A stretch of 64,000 bases of DNA from Sminthopsis crassicaudata (taxonomy: Eukaryota). Every line of letters starts with the position of its first letter. The first letter of the stretch is position 1. The stretch is taken from the NCBI RefSeq assembly GCF_048593235.1, contig NC_133617.1:418852958-418916957 (forward strand). The letters are read 5' to 3'. Below, piece by piece: positions 51,641-64,000 of this stretch. The notes under the pieces were generated by a model. The model was not told the origin of the DNA, searched no databases, and saw nothing but the letters and a program-made list of their open reading frames with translations. The translations under genes and the position numbers were made by a program.

Positions 51641-53924
51641 AACTCTTTTAATGAGAGTCGGCCCAATTCACAGGATGCCAGAGCTGAAAGTTCAGAGGCC
51701 ATTTAGTTGAATCTTTAACCAAATAGAAATCTTTTCTATAACATTCCTGAAAAATAGTGTCATCCAGACTCCACCTGAAGACTTCCAGTAATGATATCCT
51801 TCCTCATAATGCATCTCATCATAATCTTGGGCAGCTCTGTATTTGTAAGGTTTTCTTTACACCTTCTTGAAACCTATCTCCCTAATTTGTTATTTGTTAT
51901 TCCTAATTCTACCTCCTAAAGCCAAGTAAAATAAGTCTAATCTCTCTTCTAAAAGGTAATTGCTCAAATATTTTAGTACATCTTTGACAGTTCTGTTAAA
52001 AGTCTTCTCCAGGCTCAGCATCCCTAGCTCTTTTAATTCATTTTTCTATTCCTGGCTTTGGGTCTCCTGGCTAGCCTGGTTTTCCCTCCTGTATACATGC
52101 TTCATTTTCTTGATTTCCTTCCAGTATTCATCTTCATTCTACTCTTCCCATTGGGTCATCCTGTTTCTTGAGAGGTAGTGGGCTATAGAGATGGTTTGGA
52201 GGAAAATATACTGGAATTGGAGTACTGGAGTACTTCCCAGTTCTGTGACTTTACAGAATTTTAGGATTGGAAGAAATCTTGATAGTCATATATAGTCTAG
52301 TTCATACTGGAATTGGAATCCTCAGTGATTTAATATACCTGAGAAATAATCATGCTGACTCTGCTTGAAGAGAACTCACTATCTTTCAAGGCAGTCCATT
52401 TCATTCTTGAATACTTCTAATTTTTAGGAAGTTTCGTCTGAAATCTAACCTATATAAGTGGTGGATGAGGGCAGTCCCTGATCAATTTTTCCAAGTCACT
52501 GGATGAGATTACCAGGTCTGGACCATTGTGATACAGAAAACTAATGATTGTCTGTTCTTTTTCAGGGTCAATAAAAGCAAGCTCATCCCATAGGCAGGCG
52601 CTCTCTTTGTATCTCTGTCACTCTCACTCTCCTCCTCTGTACCTCTCTGTCTCTTTGTGTGTTTCTTTGTCACTCTCTGTGTCTGTCCTTCTCCTTTTCT
52701 CTATCTCTGACTCTCTGTCTGTCTCTCTCCATAGCCTTCCCTCTTTCCATTTTTTCTTGTGCCTTCTGGAATGCAGCAAAAAATATAGAAAGAGGGGATT
52801 TCTCTCTTCTTTGATCCTCTTTCCCTCTAGGAAAAGCAGTAGTGATAAAATATGCATATATGTGACTGCATTACACACACATATAGGAATATAGGATATT
52901 GTGTGTATATATACATATACACACATAATGTGTATTGTGATATGTATTATATGTATATATACATAATACTGCTTTGTGTTCCGACATAACTATATATACA
53001 TGCATATATGTACATGTCTATATATGTATATGTTTATACACACATGTATACATACATACTTTCCCCTTTTTCTTCAGGTAGACATTTCTTATACATGTTA
53101 CTAAACCTCAACAATAAGTGTTGGAGTGGGGAGAATTCTGAATTTCATAAGTTAATAATAGCAGAATCTAGTCTCATAACTGGAAAAGGAAGCTTTCCTA
53201 AGCAGTACCACACGGGCAGTCCCAAGACTGGAGAACTCCCTAGTTCCATAATTTAGACATATGACTTCCTGTTTTTTTTTCAAGGTCAATAAGAGCAAAC
53301 TTATCCTTTAGGAAGATTTCCCTGGCACTGCACTTCTTAGAAAAAGAAGAATGTCTTTTACAAATGATTGCCATGCAACTAAAAATCTAACAGTTCAGCT
53401 GGATGGGAAAGAGATCTCATTATTATTCTCATTGCTACTCCTATTGTTGCTGTGAGATCATTATTGTGAGTTGGCCAGTTTTCATGTAGAAGCAAATGAA
53501 AATGATTTGTTTATCAGTCCCACAAAGTGTTTTTTATCTTGTGGGGAGGAATCAAATATTCTAGGTCAATGTTTTATGTTCACAGGCACCTGTGAGTCCT
53601 TTGTATCTTTTGTATTTTCTGTGAAATATAAAAGAAAACTATCTTTGGAACTTCCATTTTAGGAGGTGCTCATGTCAGCCATGCTCACTTCTTGGAGAGA
53701 TAACTCCCCTCCCCTAAACTAATAACATTTAAGGAAAAACGTATACATATAATTCTAGCTAATACTGATTCTCTCTGAGAAGAGGAGAGTGATCAGCTTC
53801 TGCCTTCTATCTCCTGCTTCCCATACTGGTAGGAGTCCAAAGAATTAGGAGCTATCTCAATTCAGAAGTAAGCTGGGTCACTTCTTAAAATAAGAGATAC
53901 AACAATCTTCTTTTTAAAATTATT

Positions 53925-55056
53925 TCATTATTTTTATGGCTTTTTATTTTTCCAAATATATGCAAAGATAGTTTTCTACATCATCTTTGCAAAACGTTGT
54001 GTTGCAATTTTTTTCTCTACCTCTCCCCTCCATAGACAGCAAGCAATGGAATCTAGGTTAAATATGTGCAGTTCTTCTAAACATATCACCATATTTGTCA
54101 TGTGAGCAAGAAAAATCAGACCAAAAGGGAAAAAAAGCACAAGAAAGAAAAAAAAAAAACCAAGCAAACAAAAACCACCACCAAAAAAGTGAAAAATACT
54201 ATGTTGTGATCCACATTCAGTCTCCATAGTTCTCTCTCTGGATGTGGATGGTTTTCTTCCATCATAAGTTGATTGGAATTGCCTGCAATTATCTCATTGT
54301 TGAAAAGAGCCAAGTCCATCACAGCTGATCATCATACAATCTTGTTGCTGTAAACAATGTTTTCTTGGTCTACTCACTTCATTTAGCATCAGTTAATACA
54401 AATATTTCCAGACTTTTCTGACATCAGCCTGCTGATCATTTCTTATAGAATATTCTTATAGAATATTCCATAACATTCACATATCATAATTTATTCAGCC
54501 ATTTCTCAGTTGAAGGATATCCAATCAATTTCCAGTTCCTTAACCACTACAAAAAGAGCTGCTACAAATATTTTTGTGCATGTGGGTCCTATTCCTTTTT
54601 TATAATCTCTTTGGAATATAGACCCAGTAGAGACACTGCTGAATTAAAGGGTATGCACAATTTGATAACCTTTTGGGTATAGTTCCAGATTGCTCTCTAG
54701 AATGATTGGATCAATTCATAACTCCACCAATAATGCATTAGTCCATTTTTCCTACATCCTACATTTTCTGTCTCAGATTATCAATACGACAGATGTGAAA
54801 TGGTACCTCAGAGTTGCCTTAATTTGCATTTCTCCAATCAATAATGATTGAGAACATTTTTTCATATGACTAGAAAGTGATTTTAATTTTATCATCTGAA
54901 ATTTGTCTGTGCTTATCCTTTGCTTATTTATCAATTGGGGGAAATGGCTTATATTCTTATGAATTTGAGTCATTTTAAAAATGCCTTTAATCAGAAACAC
55001 TGGATATAAAAAAATTTCCCCCGGCTTTTTGCTTCTCTTCTATTCTTGGCTGCATT

Positions 55057-55098
<42 letters not shown>

Positions 55099-55745
55099 AT
55101 CTTTTTAATTTAATGTAATCAAAATTAACTGTTTTGCATTTCATAATGTTCTACAGCTCTTCTTTGGCCATAAATTTCTTCTTACTCCACAGATCTGAGG
55201 TAAATTATCCCTTTTCCCCTCTCATTTGCTTACAGTATTTTTTTTATGTTTAAATCAAAACCCATTTTGACCTTATCTTGGTATATGGTGTTACATGTTG
55301 GACAATGCCTAGTTTCTGCCATGTTTTCTAGTTTTCCCAGAAATTTTGTCAGATAATGAATTTTTATCCCAGAAGTTGGAGTTTTGGGGTTTATCAAACA
55401 CTAAATTATTATCATCATTGAATATTGTGTCTTGTGAACCTAACCTATTCCATTCTAATTCTTAGCCACTACCAGATGGTTTTGATGACCATCACTTTAT
55501 ATTATAGTTTTAGGTCTGGTATAGCTAGTACACTTTCCTTTGCAATTTTTTTCATTAATTCCCTTGAAATTCTTGACCTTTTGTTCTTCCAGATGAATTT
55601 GGGTTTTTTCTAACTTTATAATTTCTTGACAGTTTGATTGGTATGGCTTTGAATAAGTAGATTAAGTAGAATTATCATTTTTATCATATTAACTCAGCCT
55701 ACACACAAGCACCTGATATCCTATCAATTGTTTAGATCTAACTTT
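53925..55745 (-). mobile_element. 5'-truncated L1 (3'UTR plus decayed ORF2 C-terminus)
   Basis: Peptide HMKKCSQSLLIGEMQIKATLRYHFT in ORF 54773..55000, followed by continuous L1 3'UTR. Confidence 0.85.
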
Positions 55746-55854
55746 ATTTGACTACAACAATCTTCTTAAAAAATTGTAAGTTTGGGGGGCTATACATCAG
55801 ATAAACAGCCAGAGATATGTCTCTTAGAATGAATTATGAATATGGGGTATTTCA

Positions 55855-55990
55855 TTTATTTATTTTTTTGGTGAGGCATTTGTGATTAAGTAACTTGCCC
55901 AGTGTTACACTGCTAGTAAATGTTAAGTATTTGAGCTTGGATTTGAACATAGGTTCTCCTGACTCCAGAACCAATGAGCTATCCACCATG
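55855..55990 (-). mobile_element. WSINE1-type SINE
   Basis: T-tail, AAGTAACTTGCCCAGTGTTACACTGCTAG...GGATTTGAAC..GGTTCTCCTGACTCCAG. Confidence 0.7.
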
Positions 55991-56699
55991 TGAATATTGG
56001 ATATTTTAAAAATTATAGGAATCAATGAATGTTATCTTTTAAATATGAATATGTCAAAAATAATATTATGACTTTGGGATCTACAAAGCTCTTTCTTTAT
56101 GACAACCCTATGAAGTAATAATGTAAATAGCAATAGTTCCTAGAATTTTTATAGTGTTTAAAGGCTCTCAAAGCAATATTTATTTAAAAATATTACCTCA
56201 TATGATCCTTATAATAAGCCTGGGAAGGAGGTGCTATTGTTACCTTAGTCTTAGAGATGAAGAAACTGAGATTTGATATTTTTTATTAAGCAATTTGACC
56301 AGGGTCACATAGTAAGCACTGGAGGCTGAATTTGAACTCTTTTAATTGTGAGTTTCTCCAGTGACTCATACTTCTATAGTGTTTTACAATAATTTCTTTG
56401 TAAAACAAAGGAACAAAAACCAACCAACAAAGCTGAGAATTAGGTAGTCTAATGTTCATTGATTTAATTAAATTAATTAATCATTAATTTTGCAGAAGAA
56501 GAAAACTGAAGCTTAGAGAGTTTAAATGACTCTTCCAAGATCATATGTTAGATCCCAAGTCAATGTTAAATCTGGAACTTAGTCGCAGGTTTTTTGATGC
56601 TTCGACACTAAAGGGTTTTACTCAGCCCAGTTGCTGATAAGGATAGTGCAAGAGATAACAAAATAAGGAATCTCAGGGTAAAGCAAACAGATAATTTCA

Positions 56700-57030
56700 G
56701 ATATACTACATGGTTATGGTTTTTCTTCCTAACGCACAAGTCCAATTATATCACTTCCATACTCAATAAACTCCTCTATTACCTATAAGAATAAATACAA
56801 ACTCCCTTGTTAGACATTTGATGCTATTTACAACATATCTCCAATCTACCTTAACAGCCTGATTATATATAACTTTCCTTCAGGTACTTCACTTGCTAGC
56901 CAAGCAGGCCTTCTTACCTTTCCTTATGCATGCTTCTCCATCCCTCATCACAACACTTCTGCATGGGTTGTCTCCCACGCCTAAAGTGCATTACATTTAT
57001 ACCTCCATCTTTTCTGAGTTTTAGTTTCCT
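56700..57030 (+). mobile_element. L2 fragment
   Basis: CACTTCCATACTCAATAAACTCC...GAATAAATACAAACTCC...GCTAGCCAAGCAGGCCTTCTT. Confidence 0.55.
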
Positions 57031-57510
57031 TCAAACTTTGTTCAAATCTCTGCATCGGGGTGGGGGGGAACTTTTTCCCTGACAAAGGCCATTTGGATAT
57101 TTATAACATCATTTGCAGGCCATATAAAATAATCAACTTAAAAACTCAAGCTGTGGATGGTCGTTGTTCTTAGCTTTCAATTTATCATTACTTGCAGTTG
57201 CCTTGGAAGGGCCAGACCAAATGATTTTGCAGGCCTTTTATAGTCTGCAGACTGGATATCCCCCACCACTGCTCTACTTGATGTTTTTCCTAACCCCCCA
57301 CCAAAATTGCCTTGTATTTATTGCTAATTTTTTTTTAAAGTGTGGGCAGCTAAGTGGCACATATATGTGATGGATAGAATTCTTGGCCTGGGGTCAGCAT
57401 CCAGCCTCAGAGATTTACTAGCTGTGTAATCCTTACACAGGTTACACACCTCAGATTAGTGTGCAATCCTTAGACGTTTGAACAAGTACAATCTGTTTGC
57501 CTCAGATTTC

Positions 57511-58910
57511 TTTTTTTTATTAATTTTTATAATTATAACATTTTTTGACAGTACATATGCATAGGTAATTTTTTTTACAACATTATCCCTTGTACTCCCT
57601 TCTGTTCCGAATTTTTCCCCTCCTTCCCTCCACTCCCTCCCCTAGATGGCAGGCATTTCCATACATATTAAATATCTTATAGTATATTCTAGGTACAATA
57701 TATATGTGCAGAACCGAATTTTGTTGTTGTTGTTGCAAAGGAAGAATTGTATTTGGAAGGTAAAAATAATCTGGGAAGAAAAACAAAAACAAAAAAAATG
57801 CTCACAATTTACACTCATTTCCCAGTGTTCCTTTTCTGGATGTAGCTGATTTTGTCCATCATTGATCAATTGGAATTGGATTAGCTCTTCTCTATGTTGA
57901 AGATATCCACTTCCATCAGAATACATCCTCATATAGTATCATTGTTGAAGTGTATAATGTTCTTCTAGTTCTGCTCATTTTACTCAGCATCAGTTGATGT
58001 AAGTCTCTCCAAGCCTCTCTGTATTCCTCCTGTTGGTCATTTCTTACAGAACAATAATATTTCATAACATTCATATACCATAAGTTACCCAACCATTCTC
58101 CAATTGATGGACATCCATTCATTTTCCAGCTTCTAGCCACTATGAAAAGGGCTGCCACAAACATTTTGGCACATACAGGTCCCTTTCCCTTTTTTTAGTA
58201 TTTCCTTGGGATATAAGCCCAGTAGTAGCACTGCTGGGTCAAAGGGTATACACATTTTGATAACTTTTTGGGCATAACTCCAGATTGTTCTCCAGAATGG
58301 TTGGATTCTTTCACAACTCCACCAACGATGCATCAGTGTCCCAGTTTTCCCATATCCCCTCCAACATTCATCATTATTTGTTCCTGCCATCTTAGCCACT
58401 CTGACAGGTGTGTAGTGGTATCTCAGAGTTGTCTTAATTTGCATTTTTCTGATCAGTAGTGATTTGGAACACTCTTTCATATGAGTGGATATAATTTCAA
58501 TTTCATCATCTGAGAATTGTCTGTTCATATCCTTTGACCATTTATCAATTGGAGAATGGCTTGATTTCTTATAAAGTCAATTCTCTGTATATTTTGGAGA
58601 TGAGGCCTTTATCAGAACCTTTAACTGTAAAAAATGTTTTCCCAATTTGTTACTTCCCTTCTAATCTTGTTTGCATTAGTTTTGTTTGTGCAGAAACTTT
58701 TTAATTTGGTATAATTAAAATTTTCTCAAAGGAGTTCTCCTTTGGACATAAATTCCTTCCTCCTCCACAAGTCTGAGAAGTAAACTATCCTATGTTCCTC
58801 TAATTTATTTATGATCTCGTTCTTTATGCCTAAATATTGGACCCATTTTGATCTTATCTTAGTATGTGGTGTTAAATGTGGGTCCATGCCTAGTTTCTGC
58901 CATTGCTTCA
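57511..58910 (-). mobile_element. Relatively young 5'-truncated L1 (about 1.4 kb) inserted into a MAR1 SINE
   Basis: ORF2 C-terminal ORFs at 58133..58528 (MNRQFSDDEI...CWRGYGKTGTLMHRWW) and 57916..58164. Degenerate TSD GCCTCAGATTTCTT (57499-57512) / GCTTCAAATTTCTT (58915-58928). Confidence 0.9.
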
Positions 58911-59104
58911 CATTGCTTCAAATTTCTTGTCTGTAAAATGATCTTTTTTTTTTTTTTTTTGTAAAATGATCTTTTGAAGGAAATGGCAAACCACTCCAGT
59001 ATTTTTTGCCAAGAAAACCCTAGGAAAGGATACAAAAAGTCAGACATAGCTGAAAAAGACTGAAAAACAAAAAGTTTTAAGTGTATGTGTCATCTTCCTC
59101 AAAG

Positions 59105-59323
59105 CAGGAGTTCTTAATTTGGGGTTTTCCAGATTCCTCAGAATTATATTTTGGGAGATTCAGGAATTTGGAAATGGAAAAAAATGCATCTTAGTTTCAA
59201 TTAATCTTGATTTCTCTTATAATCTTATAATATTTTATTTTGTCTCTAAACACAGTATTCTGAGAAGGCATCCACACTGCCAAAGGGGTTTAATGGTTCA
59301 CAAAAAAAGGTTAAGAACCATTG
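59105..59323. mobile_element. hAT/Charlie-like MITE
   Basis: Termini CAGGAGTTCTTAAT / GTTAAGAACCATTG; 8-bp flanks CCTCAAAG / CCTTATAG (6/8 match), the hAT-type TSD length. Confidence 0.75.
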
Positions 59324-60175
59324 CCTTATAGAATATAAGCTCTTTGAGGAAAAGACTTATTTAATTTTTCTTTGTTTCTCTAATGCCTGGTACAAGGTAA
59401 TGCAAATAAATACAATAAATGCAAAAAAAGAGGGGAAAGAATTTGGAACTTAAAATTAAAAAAAATCAATGTTAAAAATTGTTTTTACATATAATTAGTA
59501 AAAATGCATATAGAGATTTCTTAGTTCTGGAAACCTCTGTCCATTCCCAGATCCATTTCTATCTGGTTTCCCAAAAATTCTGATCCCCTTGATTCTATCC
59601 TCACTTCAGACTAAAGCTATCTCTTAGCTGCCTTGGTCAATGAGAAAATAAGATTACTCTAGATTGGTTTTCCAGACTTTGCTTTGGGGATGAGGTTGAA
59701 CTATAGATCTTTTTAAGGGCTACCCGCTAAGTTTGTCTCCTCAAAGATTTGCCTGGTTCCCAGGTAAGCAGTACTTTACTCCACCCATTTGCTGAGTATG
59801 CCAGTAGTGCCAGAAATTATTTTACTACAAAGTAAGAAACATCAGGGTAAAAGGAAAAAATAAGAAATTTTCACTGATTCTTTCTCTTTAAACTGGCTCT
59901 TTACTCTCCTCTTCATCTACATCTATTTATATTCCTTTCTTCTTGTACCTTATGCCTTTCCCCACCCAGGAGAATGTTACAGCCAACTGATGCTGGCATG
60001 AGAAAGTCATATATTTTCAGTATGAGCATTTATATCTTGGAAATCAGAAATACAAATCAGGCCTTGATTTATTGTTCTGTGATTATCTAGATTTAAGAAA
60101 ATGATGGAGTAATAAATAATGTATATTAAATGTAAAAATGTGTCCAGCTTTTCCCAGAAAACTGGTTGATAAACA

Positions 60176-60181
60176 TTTATT
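60176..60181 (-). terminator. CCL19: CCL19 polyadenylation signal
   Basis: CCAATAAATG on -, about 350 nt after the stop. Confidence 0.7.
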
Positions 60182-60528
60182 GGCACTCCACCTTAACCCA
60201 CAGAACAGACATACAGACAGATGGAAGGCAAAAGTGATTTATTTAAAATCGTTCCACTTCCAGCATCAAACCTCATATTAATTGCCCCAGAACCTCTATT
60301 GTACTCACACTCACAGGCAAGCTCACACCTTAAAAACTATTCTCCGCCTCCCCCTCCTCACCCCACCAGCAACCCCATCTCAGTTCCAGGCTGGAGCCAA
60401 AGGCTAGATTCCTGGATTCTCTTTCCTCATCGATCCTGGGGCATCAGGATTTCTTCCCAAACTGCTGCTGGATCAAATACTTCCATCTTGATGTCCAGAC
60501 TCTTTCCTTGTCTCATCCTGGGCCTAAG

Positions 60529-61929
60529 CTAACTGCAGTTGGGGTTGTACTAAAGGAAGAGGAAAAATGATCTGGGGTTACTGGGCGCCTTTGAAAATCA
60601 CTGGGGGTGTGTGTGGCCTGAGGTCAGTGGAGATCCCTTCTGAAGGGAGGAGACTTGAGGGCTATTGGAAAAAGGGAGACTTGGGTTGAATTTGGGGACA
60701 GGTGGGACTAGGATAGAGAGCTGGATGGGAAGGTGCTTACCTGGGGATTATCCAGTTTCTTGATGAGCCGTTTCACCCAGGGACGGTCAGGGGGAGCACA
60801 GAGCTGGTGACCTTTCTGTGTAGTGAACCTAGGGTCAGAGGTCGGAGGGAAGTGAGAGTTCCCTTTTAGCTGACTGAAGACAAGGGTCAGGAGTTAGGGA
60901 CAAAGCCAGAAACCAAAGCGGAGATAGAAGTCGAAATTGCAAGAGGTCGGGGTGGGTGAAGACTTCCTGGAAGAAAGGGGAACTGCTCATGAGCAAGGAA
61001 TTCTTTTGGCGTCGGATGTGGGAGCTAATGGGGCCCTGGAGAGAAGAAGGGGACGGAGGCGGGGAGAGAAGGAAGTCGGCTACCCCTCACTCACACTACT
61101 GCGGATAATCGGCAGCCGTTCTCTGGGCTGAGACGGCGGTAGGCACACACGATGTGGCGGGGAATGATGAGTTTGGTGACAGACAGACAGCAGTCCTCTG
61201 CATCATTGGTTCCGCTCCAAGCTGCGGGAGGGATTCGGAGGGGCGGGGAGTCAGAGGGAGGGCTGGGATGCTCTGGACTCTGTCTCGCAAGGATGCAGAG
61301 CCTCTCAGCCAATACCCCAGAGCAATCCGCTCCGAAGAGGAGGCTAGGAACCCGAATACTCTTGCCCCCTGCAATTTCCCGCAAGAGCCGTCATCCCGGT
61401 CCCAGGACACCCTAATTGTTGAGAATTCTCAGTAGACCAAACTTCGAGGAAAACTTGGGGTGAACATCGGAGAACATCTGTGCCCACTGACACTCCTACA
61501 GAGGCAAGGAAAGCCGGGCTTAAGCACTGAGACCCACCTACTGACGCATGGGAAGCGTCTCATAGTCAGACCACACAGACAAAAACACACTCCTGCAGGC
61601 AGTAGGACATGCATACTTAACTTTTTTTTTTTTTTAAGTGTCTATACCTCACTTTCCCTATCTGTAAAATAAGAAGAGTGGATTAGAGGATCCCTAAGGC
61701 TCTTTCCAATTCCAAATCGATGATTATAGATCTCGCATGGACATAATCGCAACCACACAATGAAATCTTCACCAGACACAATCAGAAGCAGGGTCAAATT
61801 TATAGAGACAGCTATATATTCCCTGATGTCTCTGTCCATTTATTCTCAGGTTTGACAGAAAGACTCTACTCCCTTACCTGGGTCGGTGAGGCAGAGAAGG
61901 AGCAGGCTGAGGAGCAGGAGGGGTCTCAT
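60529..61929 (-). CDS. CCL19: C-C motif chemokine 19, 95 aa; complement join(61878..61929,61095..61221,60741..60828,60529..60549)
   Basis: Translates to MRPLLLLSLLLLCLTDPAWS-GTNDAEDCCLSVTKLIIPRHIVCAYRRLSPENGCRLSAVVFTTQKGHQLCAPPDRPWVKRLIKKLDNPQ-YNPNCS*. GTNDAEDCCLSVT and LCAPPDxPWV are CCL19 signatures, and the 4-exon structure fits. The exon 4 acceptor is less certain; an alternative is at 60639. Confidence 0.95.
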
Positions 61930-61995
61930 GGTTTGTTCTGAGCAGATTGGCCAGTAGTCGATTGGATTACAAAGTAATACCCGAGACTGCCAGCG

Positions 61996-61997
<2 letters not shown>

Positions 61998-62026
<29 letters not shown>
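61998..62026. repeat. (CA)n microsatellite in the CCL19 5'UTR/TSS region
   Basis: GT repeat lying between the TATA-like box (62059) and the ATG (61929). Confidence 0.9.
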
Positions 62027-62028
<2 letters not shown>

Positions 62029-62054
62029 TGTAAATGTGAGTTTTGAGACCTCTT

Positions 62055-62110
62055 CTTCTATTTATGTCCCTGTGTAGACTTTCGTTTTTTCGTGTCCAGA
62101 AATCCCCGCC
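62055..62110 (-). promoter_or_regulatory. CCL19: CCL19 core promoter (TATA-like, IRF-E, kB)
   Basis: On -: CATAAATA (62059-62066), AAAAACGAAAGT IRF element (about 62078-62089) and GGGGATTTCT kB-like site (62098-62107). Confidence 0.6.
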
Positions 62111-63724
62111 CCCACCATGTCCCTTGTGGTGCCCCCCTCCCCCTTCTTGCTCTTCTTTCCCATGGTCTCTCATCCCCACTTGTGCCTCTGGCAATGCCCC
62201 TCCACTGGGCTGAGCTCCCACTCTTAGGAAATCTGGACTTTGTCTAACTGCGTATCTCCCTCCTTTGTCTTCCCCCCTTCATGGGGGTGAGCAGTCTGTC
62301 TTCATAGTCATTTTCTTCATTATTCTCCACGGGCAGCACCATGGAAGTGTGACTACACTGTCAGTTCTGTTGTACTATCCTTTCTGATGGCATGTAAGGA
62401 CCAGGGATTGAAAAATTCCCCCCATTGTGGGGAATCACATTTGAAAGATCAGTTTTAGAGCAGAGTTGAGGGATCAGAGGAGCAGGGTTTAGGAATCAAG
62501 ACTGAAGGTAATGCTGATCAGGACTATAGGGTCAAAGTTGGGGACCCAACTTGAGAAGTGAGGGGTAAGGAGTCATTTTTGGGGAGGATCAGGATTGAAT
62601 GAATCAGGTTAGTACCATTGGTTACTTTGTAGAAATGTGTTGAAGGATTTGGTTTGTCTTTTCAAATTCCATTTATTTTTTGGCAATGTTGTTCTAGGCC
62701 CCGTGCAGGTATGAGGGAGTAAGGGGGACCCCCTAGCCAGTTTCTTCATATATCTCTTTCACTCTTCATATCACTCTTAATGGCTGAACTGGAGAGGGGA
62801 GGGAAAAGTGAAGGGAACAGCACAGATCCTCCTGGAACTGGTTTACATGGAGGCTGCTTCTACCATCCTTAAGTTCCCTCCTTTGGAATAAACCCAATAC
62901 CATCTTTTTTCTATAAGCTCTAACACCCTATCACATTTTGTTTCCACATTTTTATTTGTGACTTTTCTGGAATGGTGTTTGGCCGTTCATGGGGGAAAAG
63001 GAGGTTGTTTCAGGAACATCATTTTGGCCAGGGTTGTCACTGACCCATTCCATGCTCTTAATTTACCTCTTCCTCCACTCCCCACTCCCCACTCCCATGA
63101 CCTATCAATTGCCTACTGGGTCAAGTGGAACATCATTTGGGAAAAAGGGGAGAAATATAGACCGGAAGCCCCCCTTCTTCAGCCCCCATCCTGGGAATCA
63201 GGAGGGGAATTTTGGTTGTGGAGGGTTTGGCCAGCTTTATAGAAGTGTAATATCACAAAGATTTGAGGAAGCCTAAAAGGGGAGAGGAGGTAGGCCTTGG
63301 TAAGAGATCCCTCTTCTCCAACCCAAGAAGAGACCCCCTCACTCCTTCCCTCATCTATATATATTAGGGATATAGAGGGAACATCCCCTTTCAGCTACCT
63401 CTGGAGCCGTGCTCCTTTTCCTAGTGGGATAAAAAAGACCCCAATCCTACTATGGCAGATGCCTTTATTTCCTTTTTCCTAACTACCTTAGATGGCACAT
63501 TAGAGTGAGCATAGGAGTTGGGCTCAGGAAGGCCTCAGATATCTTTAAGCCCTGCAACTCTAGGCAAGTTACTTACCTCTCCCAGCCTTAGTCATTATAA
63601 AGTGCCAGGCTAGAGAGACAAAGGCAAAATATAGTTCCTCCCCTAAGGAGCTCACAGTCTAATGAGGATGCAAACAACTAGGTACAGACAAGCTACATTC
63701 AGGATAAATTAGAGATGATCAACA

Positions 63725-64000
63725 GAGGCTATTACAACTCTACTACTACTACTACTACCACCACTATGAATTACTATTTACTATTACTACCACCATGACT
63801 AATATTACTACCATGACTATCATAACCACTACTACTAACATCAACTACTACTACTAGCACCACTACCTATTACTATCAGTAATTAGTACTTACAATAATG
63901 ATTACCACAATTATTACTAACAACACCACAATTACTATGACTACTATTACCACTAACAACTACTACTATCACCACCACCTATTACAACCAACACTAATTA
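63725..64000. repeat. Degenerate (ACT/ACC/ATT)n trinucleotide tract
   Basis: TACTACTACTACTACCACCACTATG... continuing to the window end. Confidence 0.9.

Noticed and set aside
61967-62221. 84-aa minus-strand ORF upstream of CCL19
   Set aside because: Crosses the promoter and the (CA)n; the true signal-peptide exon is 61878..61929.
62450-64000. CCL21, expected by synteny
   Set aside because: No chemokine exon seen; it presumably lies beyond the window end.

Overview
Marsupial genomic DNA, probably dasyurid given the WSINE1/MAR1 SINEs and marsupial L1 3' ends. It covers the conserved GALT - IL11RA - CCL27 - CCL19 block. I assembled five intron-containing genes by hand with GT-AG boundaries and consistent phases: GALT (+, 11 exons, 373 aa), IL11RA (+, 12 coding exons, last one ambiguous), CCL27 (-, 108 aa), CCL19 (-, 95 aa), and a small 3-exon gene at 29.6-30.4 kb (-, 98 aa, MPGLKRYEVALEAEEEIYWGCFYFFPWLRMWRRE...) that the ORF track misses. 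The main leads are: that small gene and its relation to CCL27/PESKY-type read-through; a second reading frame open across its exons; a 2.1-kb C-depleted tract in its putative first intron; two extra cysteines in CCL19; an in-frame GALT-IL11RA fusion junction; a possible long IL11RA tail; a ZNF143-motif cluster; and a possible spliced transcript ending tail-to-tail with CCL19. The 34-59 kb interval is mostly nested retroelements. Repeat family names and comparisons with human or mouse come from recall, not database searches. Repeat boundaries are approximate.
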